A stretch of DNA of 64,000 nt, from positions 2,029 through 66,028 of the forward strand of contig ADNK01001114.1 in the NCBI GenBank assembly GCA_000320545.1, read 5' to 3'. The DNA comes from Bigelowiella natans CCMP2755. Lineage: Eukaryota > Protista > Cercozoa. The notes beneath the pieces were generated by a model. It saw only the letters and a program-made list of their open reading frames with translations, did no database searches and had not been told where the DNA came from. The position numbers and the translations under genes were made by a program. How positions within the stretch are numbered: position 1 is the stretch's first letter; each line of letters begins with the position of its first letter. Positions 63,969 to 64,000 of the stretch are shown piece by piece.

Positions 63969-64000
63969 GAGGAGGGGAGGGGGAGGGAGAGAGAGAGAGA

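Noticed and set aside
1-64000. CRISPR array, rRNA/tRNA genes, telomeric repeats, alternative genetic code
   Set aside because: No repeat-spacer periodicity or recognisable RNA gene was seen by eye (tRNAscan-SE or Infernal would be decisive). All in-frame stops are explained by introns under the standard code.

Overview
Gene-dense, intron-rich eukaryotic nuclear DNA from a protist or alga. A chlorarachniophyte or other rhizarian is my inference and is not proven. Manual splicing of GT-AG introns gives 16 protein-coding genes: DNA-PKcs (5' half, runs off the left edge), CWF19L2, an SDP1/TGL4-type patatin lipase, a ~2,100-aa triple kinase (pseudo-pseudo-active) with a KA1-like tail, a PDI-C (ERGIC-thioredoxin), a small 6-exon orphan, an ankyrin protein, an ankyrin/Crinkler-type nuclease chimera, the TFIIA large subunit, TMEM115, two hypotheticals, an Ac45/VOA1-like V-ATPase accessory subunit, a conserved-looking membrane protein, a TBC1D8/9-N + TM + DUF1336 fusion, and DNA polymerase kappa (runs off the right edge). 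The most striking features are as follows. (1) All 16 genes alternate strand perfectly, and head-to-head and tail-to-tail spacers have distinct sequence signatures. (2) Several domain architectures are unusual: the triple kinase, the TBC1D9-N/DUF1336 fusion and the Ank-nuclease chimera. (3) Pol kappa has a signal-peptide/transit-peptide-like leader. (4) Microsatellites invade gene bodies only beyond about 1 kb from the start. I recognised no RNA genes, CRISPR arrays or intact transposons. All gene models were spliced by eye, and all homologies are from recalled motifs, not database searches.
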